Positions 49,401-58,900 of a stretch of 64,000 nucleotides of DNA are shown one piece after another (positions within the stretch are counted from its first letter, which is position 1; each line of letters begins with the position of its first letter). The stretch is from Amoebophrya sp. A120 (taxonomy: Eukaryota > Protista > Dinoflagellata). The stretch lies in NCBI GenBank assembly GCA_905178155.1, contig CAJINV010000006.1, forward strand, positions 4,513,175 to 4,577,174, written 5' to 3'. The notes under the pieces were generated by a model. It saw only the letters and a list, made by a program, of their open reading frames with translations, was not told the DNA's origin and ran no database searches. The position numbers and the translations under genes were made by a program.

Positions 49401-52047
49401 CATAACGTGGGTGGAAGCAATCGTCGGATTTTGTCCAGATCACCCGGGCCACTTTGAAAATGAAAAAAGATGAGAAATTGCGCAAAAGCGCAATCCTTCC
49501 GCAGGCTTCAAAACTGCCAGTCAGATGCGGGCGGTAAAAATGTCCAGGTCGCCGGGGCCACTTGGAAAATAGAAAAAGACCACTTGGAAAATAGAAAAAA
49601 GACTTGGAAAATAGAAAAAGATGAGTTTTCTAAAGGCTCCCTGAAAACAAACCGAAACTCACGCCCGCGATTGATAGAAGTCGCAATACCATAACCCAAG
49701 AAATTTCTCATGCGTTCATGCTGTACAAAGCGCCGCTCTACCATGAATGACTCAGCAACACAAATTCGCCGCGCGCTTCCAGACCCAGACAAATTTTTGC
49801 ATTTGATTCGCGTTCAACCCCCACGACTGGACGCACTATCAAAAGGAAAAATCCCCCCTCCGCGTCCCCATATCAAAAATCGGAAATCTGTGTTGCAGAT
49901 TTGTGGTCACACATCAGCTTTCTCATGCTAGAAGGCAGAAGAGGCGGACTGTAGTGCTGGGTGGCTTGGGAAAGCCTTGCATCCTCAGCATGACATGAGG
50001 CAGCTGGAAGTGGGAAACAGCATGACAAATCGCCTGCAATTAAGGCCGCGACTGCGTCGCTTGGCCTTCTAGCAATACAAGGCGAAGACTTGTGTACTCA
50101 AATACAGCATCACAAGTTCCCCCTGAAAAAAACCGAAACTCACGCCCGCGATTCCAGTTCTGGAAACTTGTATTGCAGACACGGCTCCTGCTCCTCGCGG
50201 GCCTAAATATAAGATATAGCGTTTAAATTTCTAACTTGTACGACCAACGAAGGGGAATAATGCTAATGTGGCACGTCGAGTTCTTCTTGTCTTCTCTTCC
50301 ATACACTTCATGTCCGTGATTCTGTCCACCATCGCCGCAAAAACTTTCGACAGCGAGAAAAACGGATTCTTACACCTCAACGGCCCGCGACACGTCCGAA
50401 CGCTGACGCCCTGCCTCCAGGCGGTGTCCGAGAAGATTTTCGGTTTCCCAGTGAAAAACTCCGTCGGGCCGTACTGTTATTCGAAGTAAAAACATCCCCA
50501 CCCCAGAGTTGTCATGCAAATCTGCATGCCAAAAAAGTTTCTCTTGCGAAGCCCCATGACGAGAAGCTTTTTCTAGTCGTGTTTTGGGATTTGTGATGCT
50601 AGAAATAGCGTGATATGATAGATCTGTGATGCTGCTGAACTAGCTGAACAGGATCACACTACGAGGGCGAACTTGTCATGCGAAACAACCAAAGTTGGCT
50701 GATTTGTCTAGCAGATATTCCCATCTTCAACACTCTGGTACTATGGGGACGCTTTTACTCAGGATAACTGTTGTGCCCAGTTCATGGTGACGAAGGAGCG
50801 CATTCTGAAGAGGCCGCAAAGCTTCTACAGCAACATGCTAACCATGGTAAATGGGACCATGACTGAAGATTTGTGTACCAGTAGCAAAACCGCGCGGTCG
50901 ACGCATTGCTACGGAATGGAATTCCTCTGGCACCTGGTGTTTTCCGACTTATCTAACGAGGAACTCCAGTATCTGAACGAACAGGGATCTTTAGTGCAGC
51001 AGCAACTGCATATGACAGTGCACAACTCCCCCTGCTCCCCCTCATTTGTAATGCAAACTGTCAAGAAATCAAGTCGCTGCCTTGTGGCACTGTTTGCATG
51101 ACAAAGTCCGGAACAAACCCAAACAGCACTACATTAGAGCCATACATTTGTCATGCATAGACTTCATGCTTGCTCGCGTGTGTATTGCTGCTCATGCCAT
51201 ACAAATGAAGGGGAGCAGCGGGAGTTGTGCACTCTCATACTGCAAAAAAACGAGTTACAACTGACTGACGAAGTCGAGCAACAACAGGCGATGATTGACT
51301 CGGTGTTCGACCCCCCATTATGCATTGCAAATATGTCTAGGTATGGGAACTACTTGTGATGCTGAACAGTGGATGGTGAAAACACTTTCGAATAGTACAG
51401 CCAAGCATGACAAGTTTGCAGAACGCCTTCTGATGTTGCACAGTTCGCATGACAGCCTCCTGCAGCGTTTTTGTAAATGTAATGACAAAAAAGGCCGCTG
51501 GGGGTCATGCAATACAGAATCCACATGAATGTAAGACCAGCATTGCAAGCTGCAACTTTCCAGACCCAGACATAGTTGCACTTCATATCAATTACGCCCG
51601 GACGACTGGTCGTTGCCGATTCAGTTCCGGCTCAAGTTTGGGGTGGAGCACGCGAAAAAGGATTGGAATGACGTCGTTTTATCGCCCAACGTCCCGAAAA
51701 AAATCGTGACGAGACAAGACTGGAATGGGAACGAATTTGTCTACACACTCGGCGGAGAGCAGCACGTCGCGAGCTTGAGCGGGAAAGGCAACAGCAGTCC
51801 GGCGGGAAGCGCGAGTGGGATCCAGAATCAAGCGCAACTACAGCAACCACAACATCAAGCCTTGGGATCATCCGGATCTGCAGCTTCTTTGCCGCCAATA
51901 TCGGTTAGGCCAGTAAGTAGTGACACAACTACTAGCGCAGGAACTGGAACTACAGCTTCCGTTGGTGCTTCATCTTCTTTGAGTGCTGCGCAACAGCAAC
52001 TGAGAAACGCGAATGCCGCTGCTAGTATGTTGAACCAACAGTTCTGA
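46403..52047 (+). CDS. DUF3431-like protein, probably secreted or type II membrane; 8 exons
   Basis: Spliced motifs FVISHCKEQDLNWL, RGDECSAYLKHI, ADFTFFLHSDP, YCCAQFMVTKERILKRPQSFY and YGMEFLWHLVF match my recollection of the DUF3431 pattern. Hydrophobic N-terminal segment; 7 introners. Confidence 0.8.
46638..46788. mobile_element. Introner, family A
   Basis: TSD GTGTA/GTGCA. Confidence 0.87.
47312..47576. mobile_element. Introner, family B
   Basis: TSD GGCAG/GCCAG. Confidence 0.87.
47796..48053. mobile_element. Introner, family B
   Basis: TSD TGTTG. Confidence 0.9.
48334..50153 (+). repeat. Four ~35-bp direct repeats (ccctgaaaacaaaccgaaactcacgcccgcgatt) separated by unique spacers of ~566, ~657 and ~444 bp
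   Basis: Copies at 48334-48375, 48942-48977, 49635-49673 and 50121-50153. Confidence 0.92.
48422..48631. mobile_element. Introner, family G, inside a captured exon fragment
   Basis: TSD AAACG; similar to 35117-35326. Confidence 0.9.
50478..50766. mobile_element. Introner, family D
   Basis: TSD ACTGT; frame restored (PYC|CAQ). Confidence 0.88.
51011..51239. mobile_element. Introner, family F
   Basis: tatgacagtgcacaactccc...gggagttgtgcactctcata; TSD CTGCA. Confidence 0.9.
51319..51587. mobile_element. Introner, family B
   Basis: TSD CCCAT/TCAAT. Confidence 0.8.
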
Positions 52048-52969
52048 TAGATAGGTTTGCTTGAGAGCCTGCATGAAAAGCAAAAATTACAGCGAGGCAC
52101 GAAAAGACTTTTATACCGATGATAGTGATCAACAGTAGACGAGACTGTAGGTCTCACAGTTGGCCCAGGAGTGTTGTTGAGTGAGTTCCTCTACTACTGC
52201 AGCTTTCAGCAATACGTTTGAGAGTACAGTTTGAGCTTGTTCTTATGTGGTTTGAAGAAATAGACCAGGATTTTGGATTTGCGACACCTTTGTGGAAAAA
52301 AAATGTTCGTATGATCCACCACATAGTTAAAGTTTTCAAAAAATGCTCTCCAGGACCAAGCTTACCACTATTAGCCCCTGTAGCCACATCATTTTTTTCT
52401 GCTTGTTTTCGTGTGCATCTTCTTTCTGAATTGAGTAGTTTACTTTATTTTTTTTCCTTTTTTTTCTCCGACCCTAGAACTTTTTTCCGTCTTGTTGTGT
52501 GGTTTGATTGATCTGTAGTTTTTATTTTCGACGTTCGGTGTCATGGTCTTGCACATGCTCTTGGTCACGTCTCAAAAAGAGAAGGACTACTACAAATTCA
52601 GCCCGCGTTCTACGGATTCCAATTCTTTGCCATGAGCTGTTATTAAACTTAAAGCACGACTCTGCCTTTCCTCGCCACCGATCACTTGAAGCATCTCTGA
52701 CCACAGGAGCACCTCATTGTTGTTTCTGTGTCGACCACGTTGTGCAGCTCAATGCTGATGTTGGTCCCTTCACTTGATACAACTACGTGATAAATACCGC
52801 TAGTTGCAATACTCCTGCCTCTTCTAAGTTGTGCCTTCTTGTTTTCGCGGCCTACTACATCACAACTACATAATTGACTGCAAGCAACAAGTTGTCAACT
52901 AATAGACGAGGAGTTCTTGTTGCGCGCTCACCATTTCTACAGCGAGAAATCGAGTTTCGTTATCAATGA

Positions 52970-55900
52970 ATGCAGTTCTTCGCTCGTGGTCCTAATGCGC
53001 CATCGTGGCCGTCCCACAGAAGAGGGCTATGCATTGCAAAAGTATCGTACTCGTATAAATGCATTACAAATTATTTCCTCAGCATGAGAAAGAAAAATTG
53101 GTAATGCAGATTCGCCTTGGAAACAAGATTTGTAATGCAAGGCCCGCATTTCTTGTACGAGTTGTACGATACTTTTGCACAGGATAAGGGCTCGTCCTCG
53201 TGAGCAACCTCTTGTTTTGCCCGCCTCTACTGCGGAAATGGTTCTTTTTGCTTGGTTCCGTCAGCACCGCCTCCAACGATGGCAGCTCTACTACGCCTTT
53301 TCGGGCGTCCGCAACGATCCCGGCGGCGACCGCGCTCTTCACCTGGTCGGGAGACGAGGATGAGGATAACAGCGCAATTATCCTGAGTAAAAACGTCCCC
53401 ACCCCATAGTTGTCATGCAGATTTGCGATTACAGGAAGATTTGTAATGCGCATCTCCGTGGGAGGCATTTCCAGTTGCGTTTTGGAATTTGTAATGCTGT
53501 AAACGGGATGAGCAGATGGCTTTGTGATGCGGCTGCACTTGCTAAACTGCACTACACTACGGACTGGAATTTGTCATGCGTTGCTCCCAAAGCCTCTGGG
53601 TTTGTGTTGCTAAGTTCCCAACTTGACTATGGGGTGGGGACGTTTTTACATATGATAGCAATCTGGGAAGATGTGGAGCGAGAAAGTTTCTTGCAAGATG
53701 AGGAAGAGTATGACTTGCAAAAGTTGTACTAGCATAAAGTGCAATACAAATTGGCTCAGCATTGCGGATTTACATATAGCGCCTAGATTTGTAATGCATA
53801 ATTAACAGCAATGAGTACTAGCACGCTACTTTTGCAACGCATAAAGAGGATTGGTCCACCGCCGGGACGGAGGTTGGAACCGGAGCGGGGACGACAACAA
53901 GAACGGCGAGGAAGAGAGCCACGAAAACTGCAAGTAAAAAAACCGCTGGTGTGGTAATAGACGATGGCGAAGAAGCAACAGCTCCTGAGAAGGAGGAAGA
54001 ACTACCGGAAGCAGCAGGAGATGACGTAGTAGGTGACGCAGCAAAAGCAATACGACCAGATGAAGACAAAGAGGAAGGTCTACTTCCAGAAGTAGAACCT
54101 CCAGATAAACAAGAGGACCAAGACCGTGAAGTAGATGAACCCAGCAAAACTGCATCCTCGTCCTCCCCCCGAGATGCCGCTGCTGCAGCAACCTCAACAT
54201 CTTCAGACTCCGACGACCCCGAAATATGCATTGCAAAAGAATCGTACTAGGAGAGATAGCATTTAACAAATTTTTTTAAGAATAAAAACGCAACCTGTGA
54301 TGCTAAATCAGGTGGAATATTAGATTTGTCTTGCACGGTTGCTGCAATTATACTACGAGTGCGATAGTACTTTTACAATGCATACGAAAAGTCCGTCTAC
54401 GAAAGGGGGTTGTATCCGAAAGACCCGGATTTCACACGACAAGTGAACTGCGACTTTTCATATGCAATACAAATTTCCCGTACATCATGTACAAGATGCA
54501 TCACAAAAAAAAAAGATGCATCACAATTTTCACCAATTTAGGGCGTAACACTTCATCATGCTAAACCAGGATCGGAGCCAAGTTTTGTGATGCAGAGACC
54601 GCATGTGTACGTGTACGGGAAATTTATTGTGGATATTTCAAGGCCAGAATGGCAGCAGTACCGGCACGTTTACGAAGTAGCGCTGAACCGGGAGGACCAA
54701 CATGACGACGACACGAGAAGCAACCAAGAAAAGATCAACGAGCTAATCCAGTCCACGAGGATACTGTCGTCTGTCTTATGGGCACGCGCGAGAAACGTGA
54801 CCGATATTTTGACCTGCAACGTCGGGATTATCGCGGGTTATCAGCGCCTCTCGCACGCGCTGCTGATCGCGGGTCTCGGTCCCAAAACCGCACTGTACCG
54901 CTACCGGTTGTTGCAGTTAGCTCTGATCTATGAACTGCAAAAGTATCGTAATCGTATAAATGCATTACAAATCTTCTCAGCATGAGATTGAGAAATAAAA
55001 TCTGTGATGCTGATTTGCCTTGACAAAGAAATTTGTAATGCAAGACCTGCATTTATACGAGTCCGACACTTGTTTTGCACAGCATATGATCTTCATTTTC
55101 ACACTGAGAAACGCGAACAAGATACCGAAAGTCGCAGGGGAGTATTGGGCAGCGTCGGAGCATATGCATTGCAAATATGTCTGGGTCTGGAATAAACTTG
55201 TGATGCGGGTTAGCGAATCTTAACGACGCCGCAATTGACGGCCCAGCATGACAGGTTTCATCAGGGGTGCTAGGTGTTGTCTATTCTGCATGACAAACTG
55301 CGTTTCTGCATGATAGAAAAGTTGTGAGGCTTTTGGGTGAGTTGCATCACAGGCTTGAGATTCATGCCAGGCTAGCATGACAAATCTCGCAATCTTCCAG
55401 ACGCAGATGACATGATTGCATTTGATAGAGCAGTACATTATTCCGAATATCATGGCGATAAGAAGACACGTGGAGCAGGTGGAATTGCAGCAACGGAAGG
55501 AAAGAGAGTGGTTCACCGGCAGAACCGTCGCGAACACCTTTAGAGACCCGAACATGCGAATAGCGATCGTCAGTATCTGCGCCTACCCGCCGACAAGTAC
55601 TTATGATATAAATACTGATGCATTTTTGTGGTCATGCGAATGGTTTGTGAGAATTTTGTAGCTGGTTGTAGTTCGACTTCATCAGCGAGAGAAGAATCTT
55701 GTGCCATCCCACAATTTGAATCCCGTGCAATTGCAAACTAAATGCGAATGCTTCTCTTTCAACTACTACAAATCAGGTGACATTGCTTTGAAGGACGTCA
55801 CACCCGTTAACCGCGAGGTCTACGCTATCATTTGTCAAAACGTCCCCGCCCCCGGGTTGTGATGCAGATTTGCAATCACAGGAACATTTGTAATGCGCAT

Positions 55901-58900
55901 CTCCATAAGAGGCGTTTGAACCGCCTCTCATGGAGATGCGCATTACAAATGAGAAACGCCGCGTTTCTAGTCGTGTTTTGGAATTTGTAATGCTGTAACC
56001 AGGATAAGCAGACGGATTTGTGATTCACGTTTGTCCTTGCTAGCCCGCACTACGCTAGTACAGACTGCAACTTGTAATGCGTGAGGCCCGAAAGCGAAGC
56101 TGCTAGGTTTGTGTTGCAAAATCCCCACTCTGGGGTGGGGATGTTTTTGCAGAGGATATACGCAAGGAAACACGGCTACGCGTTGCGGCTACACACCGAG
56201 CCGCCCTTATCGCACGAAAAAACTGTTTCACTGTGAACTTGTAATGCAGAAACTGCATCTCAGAAGTGTTTGTGTTTGTCTTGCTACACATGCAAGACTG
56301 GGAGTTTTTAGCTGCGTTTTCCCTTAGGAACCTCGCATGGCAAGTTTTGTGTGTCATGTGTAACAAACTTGTGATGCAGATCTTGCAAAATCATCACAGT
56401 GAAACAGTTTTTTCATACGATAACCCCTGCTGGGCGGGAACGTGCAGATTCAGCACGCGAAGCTAGCGACCGTGAACCACTACGTATAGAAGCTTCTAGT
56501 TTGCCATGCGTATTATATCACCAAAAGAAAGTTTTTGTCATGCGTACTTGACATGACAATCATTTACAACCCAAAAAATCATTCCAGATCCGCAGCGGTG
56601 AATTTGATTGGGTCGTGTGGCTCGATTGCGACAGTTATCAACTGCAAAAATGTCTGGGTCTGGAAGATCGTAACTTGTCGTGCTAGATCTGAATCCTGTA
56701 AAAGTCTGTGTTGCGTGATTACCAAAAGCTGTCCAGTTTTGACCTAATCGAGAGGCAGTTGCTCATGCAGGATAGGCATGGCAAAGACCTCACAAAGTCT
56801 GTCATGCTAGGTCCCGCATTCAGGAACTCGTGGGTCATGGAAGTCCTGCCATTACAAGTTTGCACTGTTCCAGACCCAGACACTTTTGCATTTGATAACA
56901 GTTTAATCATGAACCTGGACCACACCATTGATTCCATCATTTACCGGGCCGCCGGAAAATGGTCCTCGAACAACTTTTATCACGTGCAAATAAAGTATCG
57001 TACTCGTATAAATGCATTACAACTTTCCTTAGCATGAGAAAAAAAGATTTGTAATGCTGATTTACCTTGAGAAAAAGATTTGTAATGCATGACTGCATAC
57101 GAGTACGATACTTTTGCACAGGATAACTTTGCGGGCGAGTGGAAGGACACCTGGGACCCGAACGTGATCGAGATCAAAGTGAACGAGAACGTATGCAGTG
57201 CAAAAGCATCGTGATCGTATAAATGCATTACAAGTTTCCAGGAAACTTCCTCAGCATGAGAAATAAAATTTGTAATGCTGGTTGACCTCAAGGAAAAGAC
57301 TTGTAATGCATGATTGGAATACGAGTACGATACTTTTGCACAGGATAAAACGAGGTGACCGCGAAAGCGATCCAGTTTGGTACCGCGACCGGCCACATGG
57401 AGGGGAAAACGTTGGTGATGGAGTTTGAAAACGCCATGGAGCCGTTAGAAGGACAGCTGCAGCAGACGGAAGAAGGGGATATCATTCAGTGGAGCAACGG
57501 AGCGGTTTGGCACAGAACCCGGAATTATCTACTGCAAATATGTCTGGGTCTGGAACATGGCAACTTGTCATGCCAAATCTGAATCATGTAAAGATCTGTG
57601 TTGCAGGATTACCAAAAGCTGGCCACTTTTGACCAAGTTGGCCGGGGGTTTCTCATGCAGAATAGGCATGATAGAGGTGAGTAAGTCATGTCTCTAGAGA
57701 CTGGAGGTCTCACAGACGGCGCAGAAATCCATGCTAGAAGACAAGATTGAGATAGAGAAAATGAGGTCTCACAGAATCTGTCATGCTAGGTCCTGCATTT
57801 TTGCAGGCCTCATGCGTCATGTAACACCTGCATGACAAGTTTGCATCTTTCCAGACCCAGACATATTTGCAATGCATAGGAAAATCGAGCCTTGCTTGAA
57901 CCCAGCGGACTGTCCGGAATTGAAAGGCTTGGACGATAGCATTGACTTGCTGATAACAGAAGAATATCCATTGCAAAAGTTTCACCATCGGGCGCGTAGT
58001 ACTCATGGCGATGTCGCATGACAAATAGAAGTTTCTTACCTGAATCAGCATTGCAAACGTCATTTTTGCTTGCCGCGAATGAAAAATTGGTGATGCAAGG
58101 TGCTTATACTAGTACGACACGGATGTACAACTTTTGCGTTCCATAAAGAAGGCTGGGGACTCAGCAGCGCCAACTGGATGGTATCGATACATTATAGCGA
58201 TTTGGTTATTGGCACTTTCATGCAAGAGCGAGCTGATGCTAGAAAGCACTTACTCGTAGCTTGGGCTAGCTAGCCGTCCGTGGACTTGTCCTCACTGTTT
58301 CTTGGGTACGATTACGTATAGATCGATTCACTTCTACGCGATATTCATCCTTGGAGAAAACATGGGAGTTCTTCGCGAATTTTGGGAACGATAAAAACAA
58401 AATTTTGGAATTTCGCGGATTTTTGAAAGTGGTAAAAATAAAATTTGAAAGTTTCGTGGGTTTCTAGTAGCTTTCATTTCAGATTGGGCGTGCACGAGCA
58501 TGGTTTTGTTATGAATGTGTCTACCCAAGAACTCCTTACGGCTCAGATTCTTATCCCTGAGCCCTCGCCTCGAACATTGTCATTTGTCAAGGTGGCAATT
58601 AAAATTAAAATTTTGAAGTTTCGCGGATTTGCCAGCTGGCCTCCAGCTTGGCCAGGCAAAATCGCCTACTTTTTCGACAAGTGAAATCGACCATAGCGTG
58701 GAGGGAGCGAACGCGCGAAGGGTATTTTGGTCCAGCCATGCTAGTCCAGCTGGCCAGGCAAAATCGTCTATTTTTTCGACACGTCAAATCGGCCATAGCC
58801 TCGGGGGAACGAAAACGCGCGCGCTATTTTGGCCCGGCCGAGCTGGCCCAGCTTGGCCAGGCAAAATCGTCTCCTTTTTCGACACGCCAAATCGACCATA

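Larger units (their letters stand above)
48216..50303. other. 2.1-kb composite non-canonical intron (degenerate TAT..ATA ends) holding a repeat-spacer array
   Basis: Removal gives HMHKEF|MSVILSTI in frame; TSD GAATT/CACTT. Confidence 0.7.

Noticed and set aside
48334-50153. Bona fide CRISPR array
   Set aside because: Spacers are 440-660 bp, no cas genes are present and the context is a eukaryotic intron; only the layout is analogous.
54413-54635. Introner starting at tatccgaa (54413)
   Set aside because: TIR and TSD (TTTCA) both fit a start at 54461, and 54413-54460 is in-frame exon.
11763-57582. Short ORFs with recurring peptides such as FQTQTFLHLI, CKNVWVWK, PDPDIFAFD and QKYRTR
   Set aside because: These are translations of introner TIRs, not protein motifs.
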